From Chrysomallon squamiferum (lineage: Eukaryota; Animalia; Mollusca), in contig CM022676.1 of the NCBI GenBank assembly GCA_012295275.1, forward strand, positions 1,116,001-1,180,000: a stretch of 64,000 nucleotides of DNA. Reading direction: 5' to 3'. The position numbers and the translations under genes were made by a program. This document shows positions 1 through 27,941 of the stretch, one piece after another (position 1 is the stretch's first letter; each line of letters begins with the position of its first letter). The notes below the pieces were generated by a model. It saw nothing but the letters and a program-made list of their open reading frames with translations, did no database searches and was not told the DNA's origin.

Positions 1-3000
1 TACTTAGTTACTTGCTTCCTTGCTTACTTAGCTCATTATTTACGTAAGTACTGAATTTATTTCTTACTTAGATAATTGTTAACGTACTTACTTGCATTCT
101 CACTAACTTAGTAACTTGCATCCTTGCTTACTTAGGTCATTATTTACGTAATTACTTAATTTATTTCTTACTTAGATAATTGTTGATGTACAAATTTGCA
201 TTTTCTCTTAGTTGCTCGCTTCCTTACCATCTTAGATCATTATTTACGCACTTACTTATTTTCTTTCATAGTTAGGTAATTGTTAATGTACTTACTTGCA
301 TTCTCACTTACTTAGAAACTAGCATACTTGCTTACTTAGGTCATTATTTACGTGCTTAATTACGTTCTTACTTAGATAATTGTTAATGCACAAATTTGCA
401 TTTTCTCTTAGTTGCTCGCTTCCTTCCCATATTAGATCATTATTTACGTACATACTTCCTGTCCTTCATAATTAGATAATTGTTAATGTACTTACTTACA
501 TTCTCACTTACTTAGTTACTTGCTTCCTTGCTCACTTAGGCCATTATTTACGTATATACTTTCTTTGTCACTTAGATAAGTATCAATGTGGATTCTTGGA
601 TTCTCACTTACTTTGTTACCTCCTTCCATACTTACTTAGGTCCTTATTTCGTTTCTTACTTACTTTCTATCTTACTTAGATAATTGTTAAGGTACTTACT
701 TACATTCTCACTTACTTAGGTTACTATTCTCTTACTTACTCTCTTCCTTCTTAACTTATGTCATTATTGATGTACTTACATACTTTCTTACTTAGATAAT
801 TTTTAAAGTACTTACTTACATTCTCATTTAGTTACTTGCTTCCTTTCTTTCTTATTGAGATCATTATTTAATTACGTACTTACTTTCTTTCATACTTAGA
901 TAATGCTAATGTCTTTACTTACATATTCAATTACTTAGGTTACTATTTACTTATTCGCTTCCTTGATAACTTAGGTCATTATCTACGTACCTACTTTCTT
1001 TCTTACTTAGATAATTGTTAATGTAATTACTTACATTCTCAGTTACTTAGTTACTTGCTTCCTTGCTTATTTTCGCCAATTTTTACGTACATACTTTCTT
1101 TCTTACTTAGATAATTATTAATGTAATTACTTACTTTCTCATTTCGTTAGTTACTTGCTTACCTGCTTAATTGGGTCATTATTTAAGTACTTACCTACTT
1201 TATGACTTTCTTAGATAATTGCTAATGTATTTACTTACATTCTCCTTACTTAGGTTACTATTCTCTTACTTACTCTCTTCCTTCCTCATTTAGGTCATTA
1301 TTTATGTACTTACATACTTTCTTGCTTAGATAATATTTAAAGAATTTACATGCATTCTCACTTACTTACTTACTTGATTTCTTGCTTATTGAGGTCATTA
1401 TTTAGGTACTTATTGACTTTCTTTCTTACTTAGATAATTGCTAATGTCTTTACTTACATACTCAATTACTTAAGTTACTATTTACTTACTCGCTTCCTTG
1501 GTAACTTAGATCATTATTTGCGTACTTACGTACTTTCTTACTTAGATAATTGTTAGTGTAGTTACTTACATTCTCACTTACTTAGTTACTTCCTTCCCTG
1601 CTTACTTAGGTCATTCTTTACGTATATACTTACTTTCTTTCTTACTTAGATTATTGTTGGTATATTTACTTATATTCTCAACTACTTAGGTTACTACTTA
1701 CTTACGTATTGGCTTCCTTGCTACCTAAGGTCATTATCTATGTAGTTACTTGCATTCTTATTGAGATAATGGTTAATGTAATTACTTACATTCTCACTTA
1801 CTTAGTTACTTGCTTCCTTGCTTACTTAGGTCATTATTTACGTAATACTTACTTTCTTTCTTACTTAGATAAGTGTTAATGTAATTACTTACATTCTCGC
1901 TTTCTTAGGTTGGTATTTACTTACTTACTCGCTTCCTTGCTAACTTAGGTCATTATTTACGTACTTACTTTCTTTCTTACTTAGATAATTATTAATGTAC
2001 ATTCTTGAATTCTCACTAACTTAGTTACTTGTTTCCTTGGTTACTAAGGTCAGAATTTACGTATATAGTTTCTTTCTTTCTGACTTGGGTAATTGTTAAT
2101 ATACTTACTTATATTCTCACTTGCTTTGCTTACTATTTACTTACTCACGCGCTTCCTGGCTAACTTCCGTCATTATTTACGTAGTTACTTACATTCTTAC
2201 TTAGTAGATAAAGGTTTATGTACATACTTACATTCTCATTTCCTTAGTTACTTGCTTTCTTCCTTACTTAGGTCATTATTTATGTACTTACTTACTTTCT
2301 GTCTTAATTTGATAATTGCTAATGTATTTCCTTACATTCTCACTTGCTTAGGTTACTATTCACTTACTTACTCGCTTCCTTGCTAACTTATGTCATTATT
2401 TAAGTACTTAGTTATGTTCTTACTGAGATAATTGTTAATGTACTTACTTACATTCTCATTTCCTTTGTTACTTGCTTCCTTGCTTTCTTAGGTTATTATT
2501 TACGTACTTACTTTCTGTCTTAATTAGATAACTGCTAATGTATTTACTTACATTCTCAATTACTTACGTTACTATTCACTTACTTACTCTCTTCCTTTCT
2601 TACTTAGGTCATTATTTATTTACTACTTACATTCTGTCTGACTTAGATAATTGTTTATGTACATACTTACATTCTCATTTCCTTAGTTACTTGCTTCCTT
2701 GCTTTCATAGGTCATTATTTATGTAATTACTCTCTTTCTTACTTAGATAATTGCTAATGTACTTAGTTACATTCTCACTTACTTAGGTTACTATTCACTT
2801 ACTTACTCTCTTCCTTCGTAACATAGGTCATTATTTACGTTCTTACTTTCTTTCTTTCTTAGATAATTGCCAATGCAGTTACTTCCATTCTCCCTTAGAT
2901 TGTTACTTGCTATTTTTTTACTTAGATCATTATTTACGTTCTTACTTTCTTTCTTACTTAGATAATTGCTAATGTACTTACTTACAATCTCACTTATTTA

Positions 3001-4240
3001 GCTCCCTATTTACTTACTCGCTTCCTTGCTGAGGTCATTATTTACGTACTTATGTTCTTTCTTAGATAATTGTTAATGTACTTACTTACATTCTCACTTA
3101 CTTAGTTACTTGCTTCCTTGCTTACTTAGGTCATTATTTACGTAATACTTACTTTCTGTGTAAATTAGATAATTGCTAATGTACTTACTTACATTCTCAC
3201 TTACTTAGGTTACTATTCACTTACTTACTCGCTTCCTTGCTAACTTAGGTCATTATTTACGTACTTACTTATGTTCCTTCTTAGATAATTGTTAATGTAC
3301 TTACTTGCATTCTCACTTACTTTGTTACTTGCTTCCTTGCTAATTTAGGTCATTATTAACGTACTTGCTTACTTTTGTCCTTATTTTCTTTCATAATTAG
3401 ATATTTGTTAATGTACTTACTTACATTTCTAGCTTATTTCGGTAATTATTTCCGTACTTACTTACTTGCTTTCTTGTTTACTTAGGACATTATTTATGTA
3501 CTTACTTTTTTTTGTTTCTTACTTCTTATTTTGTCATGGTGCCTACTTTCTTTCTTGTTTTTAAGATGAATATTTACTTCCTTTCTTGCTTTATTAATTA
3601 CGTTACTTAGGTAAATTTATTTACGTCTTTTACTTCCTTTCTTACTTACTTTGATCATTATTTAGGTTTTTATTTTTTTTTAATTATGTTCTTAAGCAAT
3701 TACTTTCTTTTTTTTAATTAATTATTTATTTTTTTCTTATTTACTTTCTACTTTATTTCTTTTTTAGGTAACTGTTTTCATTCCTCTTTTTAGTAATTTT
3801 CTTTCTTCTTTATGTAATTATTTATGAACATACTTCCTTTCATTCTGACTTAGGGAATTTATTTACGTCACTTAATTACTTTCCTTGACTTCCTTAGGTA
3901 ATTATTTTTCCTTCTTACTTGCTTTATTACTTACCTAGGTAATTATTTACGTACTTATATATTCTCCTATCTACATAATTATTGATGTACTTTCTTTCTT
4001 ACTTACTTAGGTAGATATTTACGGACTAACTTACATTCTTATCTACTTAGGTGATTATTTACCTACTTTCTAAATTTCTTTCTGTCTTTGGTAATTATTT
4101 ATGTACTTACTTTCTTCTTTCCTTAGGTAACTATTTACGTACTTACATACTTTCTTTTTTTGGTACTTATTTACGAACTTACATACCTTTTTTCTTACTC
4201 AGGTTAGTATTTCTTTCTACCTTATGTGAATATTTATAAA
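1..4240. repeat. Degenerate tandem satellite, about 90-105 bp units built on TTAC/TACT subrepeats
   Basis: Recurring 'ttacttagataattgttaatgtacttacttacattctcacttacttagttacttgcttccttgcttacttaggtcattatttacg' from base 1 to about 3400, decaying to about 4240. Confidence 0.9.
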
Positions 4241-4670
4241 CTTGCTTACAAACAAACACATACCCATATACACACACTAACATATACACATATGTTCTAG
4301 TACACAAAACCATTTACATAGGAATATACACATACATGCAGAGATAAATACAGGCATATACGCATATATACACAGATAAATACAGGCATATATGCATATA
4401 CGCATACATACACATACATAATGCATACAGATAAGCATATATATGTATATATATATTCACATTTATTAAAACTGTTAGAAAACTTTCTAATTTACATATA
4501 TACTGAACAATACATTTTCTTTTTTAAGAATTGAATATATAAATGAAACAAATAAACATAAAGCCAGTGTTATTAACTTAGTCAATTTATCGAAACGTCA
4601 TTATTGCATCCACTCGCCGTCTGTCTGTCTGCAGACCTATCTGTATTTAGTTGTGTATCTCTCTCTCACA

Positions 4671-4801
<131 letters not shown>

Positions 4802-5397
4802 CATTTCTGTCGGAGAACTCATCACTGCTGTGAAACAAGAAATTAAAACAAAGTAATTTTTCTATTATTCGTGACAAAAATTAAGTAAATTTATTACACA
4901 GAAAAAAGCTATAACTAAACAATACAAATGATACAACTACCGGTACATCAAGCAAAACACACATAAAATAAACCTCTTTTCTGATATTAATTATCCTAAG
5001 AATATAAAACATCAAAATACTCATATAAAGTAAATCTCCTTGCTAATATTATTTATACTACAAACAATAGATCAGCTTGTTAATATGAATTATTCTGCAA
5101 ACATTACACATATAAAATAAATCTCATTGCTATAAATACAAAACACGAAAACGAAACACATTTAAACAAACAAACAAACAAATACCTTCTTCGTTGAAAA
5201 TATGAATCACATGACGTTTATTCAGAATTAATTATCATAAAACGAAATATAGTTATGTTCTTTAAAATAGGTTTGATATCCTGGAGAGATAAACACTGTG
5301 TCTACAATTTAAATAAGTGTAACTTAATCATTCTTTCTACTGCATTACACATGTAGAGAAACACAAACACACGTACGTACAAACTCGGGTCTGTATT

Positions 5398-5605
5398 TTA
5401 ATTGTTCAGTATTTTCTCGTACAAACCTTTCGCTGTCGTGACTGGAAAAATGTGACGATATTCATTCTATTGTATTTCATTGTCATATCCTGTGACGTTA
5501 TCAGACCTACTTTGCTGCAGTGCATCACGTGATCTGTCTGTATTGTGGTGTCTTGGCTCTAGATTTACATAATTTCTTCTGTTTTCTGACTGATAATTGG
5601 TTGAT

Positions 5606-5643
<38 letters not shown>

Positions 5644-8448
5644 GGATACGTAAGGAAAAAAATGAACAGACAGACTACTGTAGAGAGGAAAAGACAGACA
5701 ACACTGTTTCAACGTTTCACAGTCTTAGACGACGAAGAAAACGCTGACTACAAAGAGTAACACAGAAGAGACTACAGCAACGGCAGTTACAGCAGTTTTG
5801 TTACATTCACAATCGATGATATTTTCTTTTACAGTCGATAACTCAGCAATCTCTGTAGACTTTGTAGTTGGCTTGGGAGGCAACGTTAAATATGTTCCTA
5901 TAATTAATTATTATAAAACAAGTCAATATCATCCATGATTACATCGAATATACTATCACAATATTTGACTGATAAAATTATTTAGTCAGTGTATTCAAAT
6001 TAATTTTAAACTTCAAGGTAAACATAACCAACTTTAATGCATATCATATCATATTTTTGTGTATTATCTATATTTTATAGCTATTGTCATAAATCTTATA
6101 AAACTGTAAAGCTTACTAAGCAGTATAAACCACGAGTTTCAAACTGCTAAAGTTATTAGCATCAAATATCATAAAATAAAAATATCGTAGTATCTATAGT
6201 GCAGAAAAACAATAGAAAAATGTCAGATTACTATTAATACCAAGATTTACTTTGAGTGTAAAATAAACAGAATGAATGTAAAAAAAAATAATAATAACAT
6301 AGCAAAATTTACAAATATACTTCGTGATTTGATGAGCTCTCCTGTAATATAAAAACGCAACAAATATTTAGAAATAAACAATTATGAAAAATATTTTACT
6401 TGCTGAGATAAATGTTAAAATATTTATGTTGTAACAGACATTATTGTGCACGATTAAAAATCTACACAAATATAAATACGTCATTTCACAATTACCTTTA
6501 CCCGATGACTAACAGAGCAATAATAAGAGTGTTTTATATGTTCTTATTTATACGGTAGCATTAATTGAAATCTAATTGTGTATGATCTACTGTCCTGGTA
6601 CGTTCGAGTTATATTTTAAACTCAAATGAGTCAGTATTAACATTGTTTATACATAAACCAGACGGTACTTTTCATTTATAAATCAAAAAAAAAAAAATGG
6701 ATTTTAGAAATAAACTAATTATTACTTTTATTCTGATACAGCACACAAACAAACACTGAAAGATACAGTGTGTGTTAAAACAAAACTTCCTCTGTTCTCA
6801 CACCCAGATAGTCTAGGTGGGTCATCTTTGATTCTGTCTGTGTATGGATACGACATCCACATCATATCACCAGCGTACTTCCAGTGCCACGATCACGACT
6901 GTGCTGGATTACCAACATTTCTAATACACCTGAACTCTACAGTTTCATTGACAACATAGGAGTTGAACTCCTTTTTGGTATAACGATCATTTCAATTTGA
7001 TCTGGCTGTGCTGAAAGATAAAAATACAAAAAAAAAAAACACTGCGTTTTTCTGTAATTTACTTCAGTTATAAACGTTTTATAAGGAATTGTTTGTCTTC
7101 AACATTTTCTTTATTGCTTATTGACTCAGATGTTTTTACACAAGTAGAAATAACAGACATAAAACACATCAACATTTCACATTATCTGAAGTGACATCTT
7201 CACTTACTTTCTCTAGTAATGGTCTATAATCATAATATAAAACCATCTTTTAACTTACTTTCATGGTAATGTTATATAATCAACAACAACAGAAATGAAA
7301 TGGTCTAAATACACGACAACTCATAACAAAAAATTATGTTTTCACTTACTTTGAATGGGGAATGTGTTTTTTGTTTGTTTGTTTATTTTAAAAGCAAATG
7401 TGATGAAATATTAAAAAATCTCAAGAGTAAAGTTATTTTAATTCAATTTAAAACAATTTTTAATGGTAAGTTGACAATATTTGTTTTACTTAAAATAAAA
7501 TTTAAATTGGTAGAGATTTAAGTTTTCCAGCTGAATCAGCAAAGCATAGTTAATGTAAAGAATACACCAGTCAAATCGCTACGAAGTATAATTAAAAGTT
7601 AATGAATAATTATAAATTAATGAATTAATGAAAAGGACCAAAAACGATGTAAAATAATACATTAAATAAAGAAACACATCAGAGAACGACGAGAGCACGT
7701 CATCAGTAACGGAAATTATAACTTTTTCTTTCCTTCTTTCTTTCTTTCTTTCTTTTTTTTTTTTCTTTCTTTCTTTATTTATTTCTTTATTTATTTTTTC
7801 CTTTATTTTTTTCTTTATTTCTTTATTTATTTCTTTATTTATTTTTTCCTTTATTTTTTTCTTTATTTCTTTTTATTTATTTATTTATTTATTTTACAAA
7901 GACACGACGTGGGCTGATTGTCAGCTGCGAAACTTCAGCTCAAAATAAACATGTTTAAACAAACCACTTTAAAAACTAGTAAGCATGCTTACCACCATCA
8001 TTATTTATTTCTTAAACATATTCATTAAGTAACTCAAACAAAATTTAAATAAATAATTTTCTCGTCAACATATTCATTATCCGACTAAGAAATAATGAAA
8101 ATTTTCCACTTTGCTTTGTTCATTACGGTTCATATTTCAAATATTTCTGAACTTAATGTGATGAAAACAAAGAGTTTTAGACGTAGAATTCAGAGAAAAC
8201 AAAATTACTAATACATCTCAACAAAAGTAAAGCGTTAAATTTAAAAACCAAATATGATCAATAGAAAAACGTCATTATTAGAGATGTTCATAAAGAATAA
8301 ATACCCATAGTAATAAATTAAAGTGATATCTTCAGAACATACAGGAAAAGTAAAGAGTACAGTTAATTTTGATATATTTCCAAAATTATATTAAAACTGT
8401 AACCTGAATTAAAGTGATAAGCAGTGTTATATGTTCAACAAGGGACAG

Positions 8449-8546
<98 letters not shown>

Positions 8547-9081
8547 TTCACAAAATACAGACAGTTTTAACTTGTAGACTGAACTACACAAATGAATAGA
8601 CACACACAGCCATAAATTGCAAATATAAAACATTAACACGTAACACACAAAAACATGTACACAGATACACATACACATACTTACACACAGATATACACAC
8701 ACATATACCCTCGTATACACACATATACACATACACAACAAACACACTAACATACATATACACACACTCATGCACACACTCACACATACATACACACACA
8801 TAGATATACACACACTCAAACACAAACTCTCACACCCTCACACACACATACACATACAGACATACATACACACACACACATAAACACACATATGCTCACA
8901 TATATAGAAATACAAACCTATACACACATGTAGGCACACATATATACAGAGACACACACCCTCACATATGTGTAATGTAAATTATATAGACGAAACCGCA
9001 TGTACATATCATTGAAACAATTAAATACAATAGAATGATAAATACAAATGAGCTGTCTGTCTATATATATCTCTCTGTATA

Positions 9082-9129
<48 letters not shown>

Positions 9130-9335
9130 CATACATACATTATATATGTATACTGCACATTATACAGATAACATCGCCTGTATATTACACAGATAAATAT
9201 GATAAATACATATATAAATATATATACATACATACATACAGAACAATAAATATAAGACCACCCAACATGAACTGACAAATTAAAATCACATAAAATCTTT
9301 ATATAACACTTCCTGGTTTTATGACACACACAAGA

Positions 9336-9376
<41 letters not shown>

Positions 9377-9481
9377 CACATATAACACACACACACACAG
9401 TGAACATGACAAATTAAAACACACACACACAACACACACACACACATTTACACACACACACACACTGGACACACACACACA

Positions 9482-9540
<59 letters not shown>

Positions 9541-9850
9541 ACACATATACACACACATATACACAGACACACTAATGTATATATATTGCAACATTAGAAA
9601 ACATCGCATGTGTATTACACAGACAGCTATAAATATATAACAGTCAGCGTGAACCATAAATATGACATCCAACACTGCACTTAAACAAGAGCCTATTTAC
9701 AAAATACTTCCTCGTCTCATCGATATATCTGTGAAACACAAGTCTTATAGTTATTAAGACATAAACAAAAACAAAAGAGTAAAATTTACCAGCGAGCTAT
9801 ACACTATTGACTTTCTACAGCTTTTTGAATTACGGGTCACATGACTAGTG
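5398..9850 (-). pseudogene. Decayed inverted copy of the Ig/ITAM-like receptor gene
   Basis: Minus strand. Tail-exon remnant 5398-5607 (…YDNEIQ*NEYRHIFPVTTAKGLYEKILNN*, premature stop at 5467, cut by a (TA)n run). TM-exon remnant about 5727-5800 (TAVAVVSSVLLFVVSVFFV, donor lost). Truncated C-type Ig exon 6757-7010 with a frameshift and TGA at 6893. Promoter homology 9780-9850 matches 10969-11035. SP and V exons were not found. Confidence 0.85.
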
Positions 9851-10230
9851 ATTGTTCTCTCCATTTGTCCACGGAAAATTTCACAAATAAAACCGGCGCT
9901 TTATTTTTATTTATTTTATTTATTATTTTTTATTTTTTATTTATTTATTCACTTTTTTTACTATTATTTTTTTATTTTTTTTTATTTTTTAACTATTCTC
10001 TCAGGTGTGCTGTGTATTGAAAAATAAACAAAGCACAAAATTTAATATAAGAAAATGTGTACGTTCCATGAAATTGGGAAATTGATGATTTGTTTGTGTT
10101 AGTGAGCTCACATACGCACACACACACACATACACACATACACACATTTATAGTGTAGCTATCTATCTATCTATCTATGTATATATATAGATAGATAGAT
10201 GTAGATATAGATATATAGATATATATATAT

Positions 10231-10902
10231 ACAGTGTTTGCTTACGAATGCCCCAACTTACGAGTTTTCCAAGTTACGAGCAGTCGCTGGGTTTAGGTTT
10301 TGCTTTGGGTGGCGAGCGAAAATCCGAGTTACGAGCGAGCTTCACATACGCCGCCACTAGTTGGCGTTTCGAATACTACAACATCCGCCCAGCATCCCGC
10401 GTCTCACTCGTTTACTTCACGTGGTTACCTCGCCGCGGAAGCATTTCTGTTGTGTTCTGTTCTGTTTTGTGTAGTATTTTGACAAATTTCTTTTTTCTGA
10501 CCATGGATCGCAAGAAAGTGAATGCATAGGACAGTGGTGAGAAGAAGAAGCAGATGATGTCGATTGAAATAAAGCATGAAATCATAGAAAAACATGAGCG
10601 TTAGCGTGTTGTCGACATCGTTAGGCAGAACGAGCGTAGTACTTCTACGATAAGTACCACACTGAAGCAAGAGTCGATAAAGGCTGTAACTCCAGCCAAA
10701 GGCGTCATAATAATTTGTCTGATCTCCAAGATAAATACACTTTAAAAAACCATTTTATTTCTTTACATACTCTTACATTTTTTTTTCTTTACAATATTTG
10801 TCATTTCTAAATACTTTTCCTTATTTAAAAATACGTTACAAAAAATTGGGATGATTTTTGGGGGCTGTAACGGAAAGAATTAAACTCGTAAGTTAAGGTA
10901 TA
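10231..10902 (+). mobile_element. Internally deleted Tigger/pogo-like DNA transposon
   Basis: Broken frame from 10503 (MDRKKVNA*DSGEKKKQMMSIEIKHEIIEKHE…RVVDIVRQNERSTSTISTTLKQ) resembles the CENP-B/psq HTH N-terminus of Tigger transposases. 'aacttacgag' near the 5' end is inverted as 'ctcgtaagtt' at about 10886. Flanks are TA-rich. Confidence 0.75.
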
Positions 10903-10973
10903 TTATATATATATATATAGTGTATCTACGTAATGTAGCTTTATGAAAAGGGTAAAGTATCTTTAAGTCACTA

Positions 10974-10983
10974 GTCACGTGAC
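10974..10983. promoter_or_regulatory. Palindromic E-box GTCACGTGAC upstream of the receptor start codon
   Basis: About 90 bp upstream of ATG 11069. The same position is conserved as TCACGTGAC at 27851-27859 upstream of ATG 27942 and as a variant at about 9836 in the inverted copy. Function is inferred only. Confidence 0.35.
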
Positions 10984-11068
10984 CCGTAATTTACAAGCTG
11001 TAGAAAGTAACTAGAGTGTAGCTCGCTGTTACATTTCTTCATTTACGTTTTTCTTAGATTGTTTAACC

Positions 11069-14887
<3,819 letters not shown>

Positions 14888-15400
14888 ACTATACACTGAA
14901 GTCTGCACATACGTCTGTCTGTCAGTATATGATTTGTGCATAATACAATAGAAAATGCAATCAAGTTAAAATTATATCTCTAAGTTGTATAAATAATTTT
15001 TATATCTATATGTCCAGTATGTTAAAGAACAAAATTATATATATTTTTTTTAATTAATTGAGCATAGATCTTCAAGTGATTTCAATTTAAAATATGTATC
15101 CATAATGTCCAGTTTCTTTTAAACAAAAAACTATGATTTGATTTATGTCTATTAATTCCGATTAAATCTTCATTTGATTTCTGTTTTCAATAAAGAAGAT
15201 TGCATATTGATTTGTTTTAGTTTTTTGTTTTTGTATTATAATTAATATTAGCAACGATATTTATTTTATATATGTGTTGTTTCATGTACGTGTGGTTGTG
15301 TCTTCTTTATTGCTTAGTAATGGCTTTTCGAGTGTATTAAAATTACTATATGTTGTTTTAATGTCTTGTGTTACAATTCTGATGAGTTCTCCATCAGAAA

Positions 15401-15480
<80 letters not shown>

Positions 15481-15498
15481 AGGGAGGGAGGGAGGAGG

Positions 15499-15621
<123 letters not shown>

Positions 15622-16561
15622 AGTAAATAAGTAAACGTAATGAATAAAGAAAGAAAGAAAGAAAGAAACATTTTTTTTCTTCGTAAAAAGTAGATTGTCC
15701 TATCAATAATACTGTCTTCAGGGTGTTGGTTATTTTTTTAAAGATAATTATAACTCCGTTATTTTGGAAATTCAAATTCATTAATTTTTCATTATTCTTA
15801 TTAGAGATTTAATTCGTGTTTCAATTATCTTAAATAAATTATGCTTTTATTATTTAATTGGCAAACTTAATATTTTATAGGTATAGCCTTTTTATTTTAA
15901 ATAAACAAAATATCAAGCTCACTGTTAAAAGTGGGACACCCCTTGTTTATATGAATTAATTTAACTTTACCTATAAAGTTTTCTTTGAATTATCAGTACC
16001 TCTGAAGTACGTTTGTTCTTTTATTTATTTTATTATTATATTTTTATGTAATACATTTAGGCATTTAACTGAAAGTTTTAATAGGAATTAGACACAATTA
16101 TGTATGTTTAGAGAAGCATATTGCTAACAGTGGGCAACATTTATTATTTATAATATTTCTAAAGCATAAATAAATTATATGTGTTAAAATTCTGTTTTCC
16201 TATCTTTCTCGTTCCTTTAACATTCTTCTCTCCTTCCATTTGTTCTCTTCTCTCTTTCATTTTTAAATTGTTCCGCATCAATAAACACACAGAGACTGAG
16301 TAGCGCCTGCTCTGTAAACTCGATTCTGTCCCCTGCTATCTGTCCGACCCCACCTCTCTATATCCAGATATTTTATCAGAAGCTATATAAAGATTCATGT
16401 ATTAAAAGCGCTGATTTTCTTTGTAATGTTTTCCTTTGACGAGGGCCGTCAACAATCAGAAACAGGAAAGTTTCCTCAATCGCTATTCACGGTGGTTTCA
16501 TAAGCTAGGTAACTCGCGTGTAGCTCGCTGTTAAATTTCTTCATTCTCAGAGAGTTTAACC

Positions 16562-25706
<9,145 letters not shown>

Positions 25707-26551
25707 TAAGTGACGCGCTGTAGAGAACATAGTTATATTTTTGTGTTAGTTATTTGTAAAGTTTGTGTAAATTAAACAAAAGTTAATTTACTTAAATATA
25801 GGTAAATATATGTAACAGTTAATTTGCTTTATATAAATTCAATAAAAATCATCATCGTCGTCACCTTCAGCATAATCATCATATTAATCGTCATTATGCA
25901 GATATTTATTGTGTAAAAGCTGAGAATATCGACTCCACGTCGTCTTGTCTTGCGCTGTCCTTTGGTTCGCTTCTTGTATTTATCGAAGTCATCGCTCGAC
26001 TTGTTGCTTTTTCTCTGGATCGTTTTACTTCGTATTGTTTCGAAGCGGTGATAAGCAATGTCCATCTGTAATCTTTTATTATACTGATGTATCCTGTTCA
26101 AGTTCTTCTGTCTTTTTCACTGATCTCTTACATTTGTTTACTCTCTTCAGCTGTTTTTCAGTACTCATATGTTTAGCATATATCTTTATATCTTTGTTGG
26201 ATATAATTAATATTAACAAGTAGATTTATTGTATTTGTGTATTGTTTTGTGTTTTATATTTGCAGTATACTTAATATTAACAAAGAGATTTATTTTACAT
26301 GCGTGTTCTTTAGTGTTTTATATTTGCAGTATACTTAATATTAACAAGGAGATCTATTTTATATGTGTGTTGTTTGGTGTTTTATAGTTGTAGTGTAGTT
26401 AATATTAAGAAGGACATTTATTTGTATATTGTTTGGTGTGCGTGTAGATGTATCATTTATATTGTTTACTTATTGCTTTTTCACTGAAATAAAATTACTA
26501 AAAAATTTTCATGAAGAATATTTATTACTTTGTGAGTTCTCCAACAGAAAT

Positions 26552-26622
<71 letters not shown>

Positions 26623-27239
26623 AATAAATAAGTAAACGCAATGAATGAATGAATGAATGAATTATGAACGATTTATTTCATTACATCTATATCGCGATTA
26701 TTTCATTTATTCTTATTCTTATTATTATCATTGTTGTTGTTGTTGATGTTGCCGGTATTGATGTTGTTGTTATTTAATCAATTTGGTCTTAAATTCTATT
26801 TAAATGTGAAATTTTAACTACGGATGGGAAACAGTTATTTATGTTTAGACAGGAAAATCTTTAACAGCGAATAGCAGTTATTATTTATAATATTTTATAA
26901 AACATTAAATTATATGTGTTAAAATTCTGTTTTCCTTTCTTTCTCATTATTTTACTTTCTTTTCTCCTTCCATTTTTTCTCTTCTTTCTTTCATTTTCAT
27001 ATTGTTTCTTATCTGCTTTAAAATAAGACAGTCTCTCTTGTTGTGTGTCTAACAAGTATCTCGGAATGTCCGGACCATTGAACAGTTGATGAAGATTAGC
27101 TAAAGTTTTAAAAAACAAGTCACGCTTAAAGTGTATGTCTTCTTTGTGACTTAAACTGGCAGATTTTACTTTATTTGTTTATCTCTAAAAATAGGTCTGG
27201 AGTTTTGATCGTGTAAATATATATACTATATTTATTGCA

Positions 27240-27560
27240 ATAAACTTGAAAATAAAAATGAATCAATCGTAAATTAACTGGGGTTTGGAGTATCTACTGT
27301 AATTATATTGCGGTTTACAAATGCGCGTTAAAATAAGAAAAAAACGTGTAGAATAAAAACTATTATTTATTTTATATTATTAGTTAAAGTTAAAGAAAAT
27401 AAACATTAGAAATTTAAAGTGAAATATATTATTTTGAAACATTCGTACATCATTTATCTTTAAATAATGTCCTCTGTGACTATAATAATGCAGCAATGTG
27501 CATCCTATTAACGCGTAGGCCTAATCTGAAATAAAAAGAGAATTAATTCTTACTGCAGTT
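27240..27560. repeat. Dispersed repeat with an inverted copy at about 46375-46690
   Basis: 'cagcaatgtgcatcctattaacgcgtaggcctaatctgaaataaaa' matches the reverse complement of 46393-46440, and homology extends to both sides. Confidence 0.6.
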
Positions 27561-27666
27561 TTTAACTATAGCTTCGTCAGAAAGTAGTACTATATACATA
27601 CACACACTCACACACACACACACTCACATACACACACACACATACATGTATATGTATGTATGTAAA

Positions 27667-27741
<75 letters not shown>

Positions 27742-27941
27742 CTGGTGTATCCACATTATGTAGATTTATAAAAGCTAAGATTTTCTTTGTGTGATTTTCT
27801 TACACGGGGAGACAACAGTCACAGAGGTTAAAGTTTCTTTATTTTACTGATCACGTGACACGTAATTTACACCCTGTATAAAGCAACTAGAATGTAGGTC
27901 GCTGTTACATTTCTTCTTTTCCGTTGTTAGATTGTTTAACC

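Noticed and set aside
2093-4239. Hydrophobic ORFs within the 5' array
   Set aside because: Chance open frames in a T-rich satellite with no exon structure.
6768-6959. Repeated ORF family 'CVKTxLPLFSHPDSLGGSSLILSV' (also 18783-19052, 20409-20786, 28995-29204)
   Set aside because: Antisense shadows of the C-type Ig exons.
25890-26130. Possible LINE 3' remnants (also about 39730-39920)
   Set aside because: Only a faint resemblance in broken minus-strand frames, which cannot be supported without a search.
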